64,000 bases of DNA from Minisyncoccia bacterium (GTDB lineage Bacteria; Patescibacteriota; Minisyncoccia; Phycocordibacterales; UBA9973), in NCBI GenBank assembly GCA_044229265.1, contig JBGATK010000004.1, forward strand, positions 252 to 64,251. Reading direction: 5' to 3'. Shown piece after piece: positions 47,403 through 56,439 of this stretch (the first letter of the stretch is position 1; every line of letters begins with the position of its first letter). The position numbers and the translations under genes were made by a program. The notes under the pieces are model-generated. The model saw nothing but the letters and a program-made list of their open reading frames with translations. It ran no database searches and was not told where the DNA came from.

Positions 47403-49604
47403 TTATTCAATCTGATTATTTCCTGTCTCATCTCGTTCTATTTTTTCTAGAATTGTTCTTTCTCGTGAGCCATCTTTTGGTCCAATCACTCCTCTCTCCT
47501 CGAGCATGTCTATCAAGCGTGCTGCCCGGGAGTACCCTAGGCGTAGTTTTCTTTGCAAATATGAAGTACTTGCTTTACCATCAGCAATTACTATTTGTCT
47601 TGCTTCTTCGTATAGTTCATCTTCGTCTCCACTGTCTAGGTTTGATTCAAAAATACTTTTATCTGCTGATATGCTACCACTATCTAGGTTGATTTCATCT
47701 TGAATTTCATCTTTAAAAGAATCATACAAGTATTTTACTACTGATTTCACTTCACTTTCAGAAATAAAAGCACTTTGTAAGCGTTCCGGGGAAGATTCTC
47801 CTGAAGAATATAGCATATCTCCAGCACCGAGTAGCTTTTCTGCGCCACCAGCGTCTAGTATAGTGCGAGAGTCTATTTGACTCGAAACCTTTAGAGCTAC
47901 GCGTGCCGGAATGTTTGCTTTAATAAGACCAGTTATGACATTTACTTCAGGACGTTGGGTAGATAGTATAAGGTGTATGCCTACTGCACGAGACATTTGA
48001 GCGAGGCGCACAATGCCAGCTTCTAGTTCTCGAGGATATGAAGTCATAATATCTGCAAGTTCATCGATAATAATTACGATAAATGGCATAGGATCAGGAC
48101 CGACTTCTTCTTCTGTGCCATCAGCTCTGGTTTTAGTATTCTTAACATTTTTTGCAACAATATTTGTGTGATAGCTTTGTATATCACGAACACTTTCGCT
48201 CTCGAGTATGTCATAACGTCGTTCCATTTCTTTGGCTGCCCATTTTAAAGCAAGGATACATTTTTTAGCATCTGTAATTACAGGAGTCAGGAGGTGAGGA
48301 ATATTTTTATATAAAGTTAGTTCCACTCTTTTTGGGTCGACAAAAATGAATTTTAATTCTTCTGGTCCGTTGCGATAAAGGAGGGAAGTAATGATAGTAT
48401 GTATGGTCACTGATTTACCAGAACCAGTAGTACCGGCAACCAGAGCATGAGGCATTTTAGCCAAATTACCAAATACAGCTTTCCCTGAGATAGATCGTCC
48501 GAGGGCTACAGTTAGTGGTTTATCAGAAGCGTTAAATTTATTGTCTGCGAGAAGTGTGCCAAGGCCGACAGTTGATTTACTTTTATTTGGAATTTCTATA
48601 CCCACTAGTGATTTGCCAGGTATAGGAGCTTCTATACGTATAGGGTGAGCAGCTAAGGCTAGAGCTAGGTCATTTTGAAGAGTGATTATACGTGATAATT
48701 TTACACCTTCAGCTGGTTTTAAGGCGTATCTAGTTACTGTAGGTCCTACTGTTATTTCATCCATCTCTACTTCTATGCCAAAGTTTGATAGCGTGCGTTT
48801 AATAATAGCGCCGTTTTCTTTTATATCGCCAGTATTTGGTTTGCCTTTGTCTACTTCGAGTAGTGATAGAGGTGGGGGGACATAAGCTGAAGCAGATACG
48901 CTCTTTCTTTTTTTAATAGGCATTTCATCTTCTTCCTCCTTCCCGACGCTTTGTTTTGCAAAGGTCGGGACCCCGCCGACCCCTTTGGGCGTCGGGGCTT
49001 CCTCGTCTTCAATATCTTTTTCCTCTTCTTCAGTTTCTTCATAATCTTCATCTTCATCAATTTCGACTTTTTGGCGCGAGAATAAATTTTTGATTCTTTG
49101 CCAAAAAGTTAGTAGATCAGGTCTTGCATCAAATAGTACTAATATAGAGATAATTAAAAATGCTCCGAGAAACATTATGCTCGCATAAACATCAAAAAGT
49201 GAAATCAGTGGTTTTGAAAAAATTCCTCCGAGAAGCCCACCAGATTCTGTGCCGAGTGCTATGCTTATGAGTCCGAGTCCAGAAGCTAAAAATACAGCTC
49301 CGCTTATTGCACGCAAGCCACCAATATTTGGCCGTTCAGATTTTATAAATGAAATACCTAAAAGTAAAAATAAAACAGGTAATAGAGTATAACCCACACC
49401 TAGTAAATAATAAAATATTTTATAGAAAAATTTTCCAGCCGTTCCGCCTGCATCAAAAGATGCCATAAATAAAAACAATGCTAAAACAAAAAAAACTATC
49501 GCCCATATTGTATGCATGGTTTCAGTTTTTAGTTTTGGTATTGTTTCTTTTTTTTCTTTCACAAATTTTTTATTTTTCTTTTCTATCTTTTTTTCTTTTG
49601 CCAT
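47403..49604 (-). CDS. ftsK: DNA translocase FtsK/SpoIIIE
   Basis: N-terminal 4-TM anchor, acidic linker, Walker A HALVAGTTGSGKSV, Walker B IIIDELAD, winged-helix gamma domain (LGYSRAARLIDMLEERGVIG). Confidence 0.9.
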   Translation of the reverse strand: MAKEKKIEKKNKKFVKEKKETIPKLKTETMHTIWAIVFFVLALFLFMASFDAGGTAGKFFYKIFYYLLGVGYTLLPVLFLLLGISFIKSERPNIGGLRAISGAVFLASGLGLISIALGTESGGLLGGIFSKPLISLFDVYASIMFLGAFLIISILVLFDARPDLLTFWQRIKNLFSRQKVEIDEDEDYEETEEEEKDIEDEEAPTPKGVGGVPTFAKQSVGKEEEDEMPIKKRKSVSASAYVPPPLSLLEVDKGKPNTGDIKENGAIIKRTLSNFGIEVEMDEITVGPTVTRYALKPAEGVKLSRIITLQNDLALALAAHPIRIEAPIPGKSLVGIEIPNKSKSTVGLGTLLADNKFNASDKPLTVALGRSISGKAVFGNLAKMPHALVAGTTGSGKSVTIHTIITSLLYRNGPEELKFIFVDPKRVELTLYKNIPHLLTPVITDAKKCILALKWAAKEMERRYDILESESVRDIQSYHTNIVAKNVKNTKTRADGTEEEVGPDPMPFIVIIIDELADIMTSYPRELEAGIVRLAQMSRAVGIHLILSTQRPEVNVITGLIKANIPARVALKVSSQIDSRTILDAGGAEKLLGAGDMLYSSGESSPERLQSAFISESEVKSVVKYLYDSFKDEIQDEINLDSGSISADKSIFESNLDSGDEDELYEEARQIVIADGKASTSYLQRKLRLGYSRAARLIDMLEERGVIGPKDGSRERTILEKIERDETGNNQIE

Positions 49605-49691
49605 CTATATATTTTAACATATTTTTAAAATAAAATTATATTGTTTATTTTTATTACGATACCCACCCCATATTGGACTTGCAATAAGTAG

Positions 49692-50510
49692 ATGGGCAAG
49701 TATAATGGACGTATGCAAAATGATGGAAAGAATCAAAAAGACACTTTCAAAGACACCCATCTCTCTCTAAAAGACAGCCTTTTTTCTATCTCGTATTCTA
49801 AGACCAATAAGCTCTTAACTGCTTTATATATGGTTACAGAGATAATTGATAAAAATGAACCAATCAGACACAAGCTCAGGTCTCTTGCTACAGATCTCTT
49901 GTCGGACACTTTAGCTACACAGTTCAACTCTAGGACAAATGTCCTAATGGACATAAATAAAAAGATAACTGAAATTATGTCTTTTATGGATATTGCCTCT
50001 ACTATTGGAATGATTTCGGAGATGAATAATCGCATACTAAAAAATGAATTCATGGTGCTAAAAAAATCTTTAAATTTAGAAGAAAATTCTGTTTGGCTGG
50101 AAGAGTTTTTAGCTGAAAATACTTCTATTGGACACGATACTATGTCCGATAGAAGTCCAATAAGAATAGGTGTCCAAAAAGGAGATGGCCTATTAACTGC
50201 ACTCAGAAAAATAGATAAAAATCATATGTCCGATACGAAAAAAGATCATCAAATCAAGCCTGAAAATAAAAAGGAATCTTTTGATAAACTAAAACTTGAA
50301 CGTCGCTACGAAATAATGTCCGTTATTCAGAATTATCCAAACGGTGCTACCATCTCAGACATTCGTTCCAAAGGACAAGGAATTCTCAAAGAAATCGGTG
50401 AAAAAACTTTGCAAAGAGAATTAGTAGCTATGACCATGGATGGAGTTTTGAAACGAGAAGGAGAGAAACGTTGGTCCAAGTATAGCATCATTCCTACTCC
50501 TAAAAGATAG
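49692..50510 (+). CDS. Hypothetical protein with C-terminal winged-helix-like domain (possible transcription regulator)
   Basis: 272 aa; helical N-terminal region. C-terminal RRYEIMSVIQNYPNGATISDIR...GEKTLQRELVAMTMDGVL resembles wHTH DNA-binding domains. Confidence 0.35.
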   Translation: MGKYNGRMQNDGKNQKDTFKDTHLSLKDSLFSISYSKTNKLLTALYMVTEIIDKNEPIRHKLRSLATDLLSDTLATQFNSRTNVLMDINKKITEIMSFMDIASTIGMISEMNNRILKNEFMVLKKSLNLEENSVWLEEFLAENTSIGHDTMSDRSPIRIGVQKGDGLLTALRKIDKNHMSDTKKDHQIKPENKKESFDKLKLERRYEIMSVIQNYPNGATISDIRSKGQGILKEIGEKTLQRELVAMTMDGVLKREGEKRWSKYSIIPTPKR

Positions 50511-51004
50511 TTGCTTTTTGCCTATATTTATGATAAGATACTCTTGTGGTTATTGGGCTTTTTGCACCAGTTTTCCACATAATATATTGCTGTAAATCGT
50601 AGCTTTATATTATAATGTTTATATGTATATTTGGTGCACATTTATTTGTGCGTATATGCATATTGTAAATTCACTTTTGTTTTTAAGTCGAGTCGAAAAT
50701 CACTTAAAAATTTAGTGGACCCAAAGTAAAATATTTCGCAAGAAAAATCTTACCTAGGGAAATGTACGAACATTGAAAACTAAATATTTTCTTGCTCTCC
50801 GCAAATTTGCGAATAGTAAGAATCGTGTTTATGTTTTCAGTTATGTTTCTTGTCTCTGTTCATTTTCTTTTCTCGCAAACATTATTACTTTTTATTAGTT
50901 AATTTTAGTGAGAGAGAATTTGATGGGAAATACGCTTTAGTTTCCTTCTGGTAAAACAGAAGGAGTCGAAACTATATAAAGGCGTAAAATTAAAAAATAA
51001 AATT

Positions 51005-54000
51005 ATGAGTAATTTATTAAAATCAAAATTTCTTTTAGGAACATTGGTTTTCGCAACTGTATTTGCTTTTGCAGCAAATGCTTCTGCGGCTACTTTCAAT
51101 GTTAACCTTAAAAAAGGAATGAGAAATGCTGATGTTACAGCACTTCAAAATGTTCTCGGAGTAAGTCCAGCTACTGGATACTTCGGACCAATAACATTCG
51201 CTGCAGTTAAGGCTTATCAAACAGCTCACGGAATCAGTCCTGTTTCAGGATTCGTAGGTCCACTTACAAGAGCTTCTTTGAATGCTTCAACTCCTACTAC
51301 CCCTACAACACCTACAACTCCAACTACACCTACACAAACAGGTCCAGTTACAGCTGCTGTGTCTACAGACACTCCTGCTGCTGGTACTTTGGTTGCTGGT
51401 CAAGCTACAGCTGATCTTGCGCACTTTACCTTCAGTGGTACAGGCACAGTTACATCTGTAGTATTGAAACGCATAGGCGTATCAGCAGACACTACTCCTT
51501 CAAACGTTTATTTGTTTGATGGCGTAAATCGTCTTACTGATGCAGCTTCTGTATCAAACACAGGTCTAGTAACATTTAATATGCCTTCAGGTATCTTTTC
51601 AGTAGCTGGTTCAAAAACTATCTCTGTAAAGTCTGATATCGCTGGCTCAACTTCAGGACAAACAGTTGGTATGATGCTTACATCATTCACTACTGCTTCT
51701 GGTGTTGTGAATACAACTTTGTCTGGAAATATCCACGCTATCGCTACAGCTACACTAGCTACAGTTTCAGCTGGAACAGTTACTCCTTCAGGAGCAACTC
51801 TTAATCCAGGTGCTGGTGTTACTCTATTCCAATCAACACTTACAGTTTCAAACCGTGATGTTTGGATGAAGAGAATTTCATTTAGAAACTTAGGTTCAGC
51901 ACAAGCTTCAGCTTTTGCTAACTTCAAGCTCTACATGAATGGCGTACAAGTCGCTACAGCTACTGGTTTAGATGCTAATGGTTATGTTACTTTTGACATG
52001 ACTTCAGCTCCTATTACAGTTGCTACTGGTGCTCGTGTAATGCGTGTTGATGCTGATATAATCTCTGGTGCTTCAAGAACAGTACAACTTTCACTTCGCA
52101 ATGCTGCTGATGTCGACTTTGTTGACTCATCATTCGGTGTGAACGTAGCTGCTTCTTCTACACCTTGGACAGCTTCTTCAGCTAACACTATCTCTGGTAC
52201 TTCTGGCGGTAGTATTACAATCGAGAAAGATACATCTTCACCTTCTGGAAACGTTGCTGCTGGTGTAAATGATAAAATTCTCGGTGTATTCAAAGTTACA
52301 GCTTTCGGTGAACCAATGAAAATCGAAACATTGCGTGCTGCAGTTACAGCATCTGATGGTTCTACAGCTTCTCTTCGCAACGGTCGCATAATGATCGGTG
52401 GCGTGCAATATGGTTCTACATCAACATTGCAAGAAGATAGTTCTTCACCTGCTTACACTTCATACACATTAAACTTCACAGTTTACCCAGGCACACCAGT
52501 TCTTATGGAACTACGTGCAGATATCTACGATAACGATGGTACTGACAACGTATCAAACGGTGATACATTCATCGGTGTTATCGCAGCTGGTTCTTCAAAC
52601 GTGCAAAAAGTTGATTCTCTAGGCTCAGTTACTGCTCCTTCTTCAGCTGTATCAGCTAACACTATTACAGTCGCTTCAGCAGCAGCTACTTTGACAAAAG
52701 ATGCTACTTATGCAAACCAAACAGTTGTTCTTCCATCTACTGCTTTCAAAATCGGTGATTGGAATTTGGCTGGTTCTTCAGTTGAAGATATTCTTTTGAC
52801 TACATTGTCATTTGATGTTGATGAAGTTTCTGATACAGAATTTGATGAGGGCGACCTTACAAATATGTATGTAGTAGTGAAGAGTGGTTCTACAATCGTG
52901 GCTCAACCTTCACCTCTAGCTACAGTTTCTGCTACAGACAATAACTTCTCTATCAATTACACATTGGTTAAGAATGGTTCTCTTTCAATCGAACTTTACG
53001 CTAACTTGTCTGACGATGGTTCTGATACATCAATTGATGCTACAGACTCATTCAAGACAGACTTGACTGTAACTGGTACTTCTTTGATCGGTGGTACTTC
53101 CGTCACTGCTACTTCAGCAGATACAGATGGTCAAACAATAGCAGCAGGTACAGCTTCAATAACAGCTACAACAGATGCTTCAGCGATGCTTCAGCTCCAG
53201 TTGCTTCAATTGTCTATGACAATCAAACAGTAACAGCTTCAGTATTCAAATTTGCAGCACTTACAGCAGGCTACAATGTGACTGATCTTACATTCACATT
53301 AGCAAACGCTACAGTTGCTCAAACAGTTGAGCTTTACGATGGTGCTACTCTAGTAGCTAGCCTTCCAGGCGCATCTACAGTAACATTCTCAGGTCTTTCA
53401 TGGAATGTTCCTGCAAATACCAACAAATACTTAACTGTAAAACTGGTTCTAGGTGCAGTAGGTATTGGTGCTGGTACTTCAGGTTCATCACAACTTCTTA
53501 CTTTGACAGCATTCTCAGCTACAAATACTTCTACTGGTGTTAACGCAACAGGAACAGAAAGTGATCCAGCTGGAAATGCGATGTATGCTTATGCATCTAC
53601 ACCAACAATCACAAACGTAGCTCTTCCTACAACAACTTTGAACACAGGCACTGTAACAGCTGCTAAATTCTCAGTTGCTTCAAACGGAGGTTCTATCGAA
53701 TGGAAGAAGTTGATCTTTACTATCACAAAGAGTATTTCTGGTACTGATACTCTAGCTTCAGGTACAGTTTGGGATGCAGATACTAACACACAAGTTGCTG
53801 GTACATTTACATTCACAGGCTCTGTAGAAGCAGATAACGATACTGCTGGAGGTGCTACATTCGTAGCTACTAACCCACAAGCTATCAACGGTACAAAGAC
53901 TTACGTTGTAAAGATGACAGTTGCAGGTACACTTGCATCCGGTGATAACATGAGTGTTTACATCGATCAATTACCTACAAGCTATGCAGCTTCAAACGAT

Positions 54001-54141
54001 TACACTACAGTAGCAGCTACAACAGCTACTCTAGTATGGTCTGATCTATCAGCTTCTGGTCACAGTACATCAACAACTGACTGGGTTAATTCTTACTTAG
54101 TTAAGAATCTTCCAACAGATACTCAAACTCTTACTTACTAA
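51005..54141 (+). pseudogene. Large S-layer-like surface protein gene (about 1041 aa once the frameshift is corrected) with N-terminal peptidoglycan-binding domain; reading frame split by an 11-bp tandem duplication
   Basis: Signal peptide ending ANASA; PG_binding_1-like domain; (TP)n linker; long Thr/Ser/Ala/Val/Gly-rich, Cys-free body. ORFs 51005..53233 and 53278..54141 (GTG start) are joined by frame +1, which is open across the junction. Deleting one copy of GATGCTTCAGC restores a single ORF. Confidence 0.7.
53174..53195 (+). repeat. Perfect 11-bp tandem duplication (GATGCTTCAGC x2) causing the frameshift
   Basis: gatgcttcagc at 53174-53184 and again at 53185-53195. Confidence 0.85.
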
Positions 54142-54182
54142 TAAGTAGAAGATTGAAGTTGGTCTAAACTAGACTGATAAAC

Positions 54183-54216
54183 AAAAAACCACCCGAAAGG
54201 GTGGTTTTTTGTTTTG
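54183..54216 (+). terminator. Strong intrinsic terminator after the surface protein gene
   Basis: AAAAAACCACCC-GAAA-GGGTGGTTTTTTGTTTTGTTTTTT. Confidence 0.75.
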
Positions 54217-54239
54217 TTTTTTGGTATATTGATAGTGCT

Positions 54240-54911
54240 ATGAAAAACATGAATAAAGAGCAAAAGGTAGGTATTATTATAATCATTATTATAGTTTTAG
54301 GTTTGGTTTATTTTAATGTAAGTAAAAAAGAAGAGGTCGTAGAAAATACAGACCAAAAAATAGAAGAAAACACACAAGAATTATTAAAAGAGGAAACAAA
54401 AACTCCAGTACAAAATACAGTTAAAACTCCAAGTGCTAAAGACAGCTTTAATATAGCTATGACAAAAGGAAATACTTCATTTTCAGCAAAAAGATACGAA
54501 GAAGCGGCTGTTTTCTTTAAAGAAGCTTTAAATTATAAAGATTCTGATACAGTATATATTCGTCTATTTGATGTGTATAATGCGCAAAATAATATCGACG
54601 AAGCAAGGGTTTATCTCGAAAAGGCTATCCAAAAAAATCCAGCTTACACTGAATATCGAACTACAAAATTAGTTTTTTTAGATGAAAAGACTAATATCTC
54701 ATATCTGGACTTAAAGAAAATATATGAAGATGCTTTGCCAAAAGTAGATACTCGCACCAAGGTAAACTTGGTTACTACTTTCGCTCGTGTTGCTGAAGCA
54801 AATAAACAATACGGGGAAGCTGCATTCTATTTTGGTTATGCTAAGGAAATATATCCTGCAAATGCGGCTATTTTCCAAGCTGAAATCGACCGCCTCCACA
54901 CCCTCAAATAA
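54240..54911 (+). CDS. Membrane-anchored TPR-like repeat protein
   Basis: Start trimmed to the ATG after the terminator (MKNMNKEQK). TM helix VGIIIIIIIVLGLVYF; TPR-like helices (RYEEAAVFFKEALNYKD..., IDEARVYLEKAIQKNPAY). Confidence 0.5.
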   Translation: MKNMNKEQKVGIIIIIIIVLGLVYFNVSKKEEVVENTDQKIEENTQELLKEETKTPVQNTVKTPSAKDSFNIAMTKGNTSFSAKRYEEAAVFFKEALNYKDSDTVYIRLFDVYNAQNNIDEARVYLEKAIQKNPAYTEYRTTKLVFLDEKTNISYLDLKKIYEDALPKVDTRTKVNLVTTFARVAEANKQYGEAAFYFGYAKEIYPANAAIFQAEIDRLHTLK

Positions 54912-54916
54912 CCTTT

Positions 54917-54974
54917 CAGGTGTCCGACACCCGATAACCTTACAAACAAAAGCCCGTCGGGTGTTCGACACCTG
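54917..54974. repeat. REP-like 58-bp imperfect palindrome, copy A
   Basis: CAGGTGTCCGACACCCG-ATAACCTTACAAACAAAAGCC-CGTCGGGTGTTCGACACCTG; the arms are reverse complements apart from 2 central mismatches. Followed by GGGCTTTTTGTTT, which pairs with AAACAAAAGCCC inside the element. Confidence 0.8.
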
Positions 54975-55001
54975 AGGGCTTTTTGTTTATAATATTTATG
55001 T

Positions 55002-55694
55002 ATGAGAAAAGATCCATTAATAACAGGTATGTATTATCATATATACAATCGTGGTGTGGATAAACGAGATATTTTTTCTAATTTAAATGATTTAAAGCGT
55101 TTTGTTTTAAGTGCTAAAAAATTTAATAATATTAAGCCGATAGGTAGCTTGAAAGATAAATTAATAGAAGAAAAAAACTTGTCAGGTGTCGAACACCCGA
55201 CGGACGAAATAAAAGAACTTGTTTCTATCGTTTGTTTTTCATTTAATCCAAACCATTTCCATTTTATTGTAAAACAAGAAGTTGATGGAGGTGTATCAGA
55301 ATTTTTTAAAAGATTATTGGGTGGTTATACTAATTATTTTAATATTACAAATCGTAGAAATGGCTCATTGTTTCAAGGTAAATTTAAATCAAATCTTATA
55401 GATGATGATGCGTATTTTTTAAAGATTTACCCATATGCTCATATGAATTATCTGGTTCATGATATTCCAAAAGAAAAACAGCATTTGGTTTTTACTAGTG
55501 AAAAAGAATATAATTCTGGTATTTTTAATTTAGTTTCAAAAAAAGAGGCTGAAGAATTGATAGCCGGATACGGTTCTTTAGAAAATTTTAAAAAAGAATG
55601 TTTAGAAGTTATAGATATGATTAGAGAAGAAAGGGGGCTTGAGCCTCTCGACGGAGAAGACAATTTACCATTTCAGGTGTCCGACACCCGATAA
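55002..55694 (+). CDS. IS200/IS605-like HuH-Y1 transposase, REP-associated (RAYT-like)
   Basis: YHIYNRGVDKRDIF N-terminus, HuH motif NHFHFIV, GSLFQGKF block and C-terminal YPYAHMNY with candidate catalytic Tyr (COG1943/Y1_Tnp pattern). Flanked by REP-like palindromes; the last 7 codons lie in copy B. Confidence 0.65.
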   Translation: MRKDPLITGMYYHIYNRGVDKRDIFSNLNDLKRFVLSAKKFNNIKPIGSLKDKLIEEKNLSGVEHPTDEIKELVSIVCFSFNPNHFHFIVKQEVDGGVSEFFKRLLGGYTNYFNITNRRNGSLFQGKFKSNLIDDDAYFLKIYPYAHMNYLVHDIPKEKQHLVFTSEKEYNSGIFNLVSKKEAEELIAGYGSLENFKKECLEVIDMIREERGLEPLDGEDNLPFQVSDTR

Positions 55695-55731
55695 CCTTAT
55701 AAACAAAAGCCCGTCGGGTGTTCGACACCTG
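55674..55731. repeat. REP-like 58-bp imperfect palindrome, copy B (1 nt different from copy A)
   Basis: Identical to 54917..54974 except TACAAAC versus TATAAAC. Ends 1 nt before the comF stop codon (55732). Confidence 0.8.
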
Positions 55732-56391
55732 TTAGTGGGCAATGGTGAAAGCGTAGATTTTTCGGACACCAGCTTCTGTAAGGACCTTTTTGGCTTCTGA
55801 TAATGTAGCTCCTGTGGTAATGACATCGTCTATTAGGACGATGTTTTTGCCTTTTATATCGTATTTTGGATTTAAAACAAAGGTGCCTTTGAGGTTTTTT
55901 AGTCTTTCACTGCGATTTTTTATGCGTGCCTGATGCTCGGTTTCTTTCTTTTTTTGCAAAATATTTAAATCTATCTCAAAATGCAAAGCTTTTCTGTTTT
56001 TATTAATTTTTGCAACTCCGCTCACTATTAATGCCGTCTGATTAAAACCACGCTCTTTTAGGCGTTTTTTAGAAAGAGGTATGGGGATTAAAATTGGGTT
56101 TTCAAAATTTTCAAATTGAGCGAGTTCCGGTAATTCTTCTAACATTTTTTCATATAAAGCTTGTGCAAAAATGCTGGCTAAACGTTTTTTATGTTTATAT
56201 TTTAACATCCACATTACTTTTTTAACTGGTGGATGGCGATAATCAAATATTGGGAAAATCCACTTCGGGCATTCTCGCACAGCATTTTTAGAGTTAGAGA
56301 GGCATTCAAAGCATATCTCAGTGCCAGATTTACGGCATATAAAGCAATTCACAGGAAAAATAAAGTCTAGTATTGTGTTTAGATAGCTCAT
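55732..56391 (-). CDS. comF: ComF-family protein (phosphoribosyltransferase-domain competence protein ComFC)
   Basis: N-terminal 4-Cys zinc finger (CFICRKSG...CFEC), PRTase motif NIVLIDDVITTGATL. Confidence 0.7.
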   Translation of the reverse strand: MSYLNTILDFIFPVNCFICRKSGTEICFECLSNSKNAVRECPKWIFPIFDYRHPPVKKVMWMLKYKHKKRLASIFAQALYEKMLEELPELAQFENFENPILIPIPLSKKRLKERGFNQTALIVSGVAKINKNRKALHFEIDLNILQKKKETEHQARIKNRSERLKNLKGTFVLNPKYDIKGKNIVLIDDVITTGATLSEAKKVLTEAGVRKIYAFTIAH

Positions 56392-56439
56392 ATGTGTTAT
56401 AATTTATATGTATAATAACAGAAAGAAATAAAAATTAAC

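Larger units (their letters stand above)
54917..55731 (+). mobile_element. RAYT/IS200-like transposase module bounded by two REP-like palindromes
   Basis: Transposase ORF bracketed by near-identical palindromes in direct orientation, inserted between the convergent TPR gene and comF. An internal 21-bp copy lies at 55183..55203. Confidence 0.55.

Noticed and set aside
51508-52389. Long minus-strand ORFs (51508..51927, 51982..52389, also 53589..53888 and 53758..53970) inside the surface-protein gene
   Set aside because: They are antisense to a strongly codon-biased, GC3-rich gene. Their Ala/Val/Thr/Pro-rich translations mirror the sense strand. They are artefacts of composition, not genes.
54201-54239. 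ORF-track start of the TPR protein at 54201 (MVFCFVFWYIDSA...)
   Set aside because: It lies inside the T-run of the preceding terminator hairpin. The ATG at 54240 (MKNMNKEQK) after the terminator is the plausible start.
54787-54975. 62-aa ORF covering REP copy A
   Set aside because: It is out of frame with the TPR gene it overlaps and is mostly the palindromic repeat. Its LSGVRHP reading reflects the repeat sequence, not a gene.
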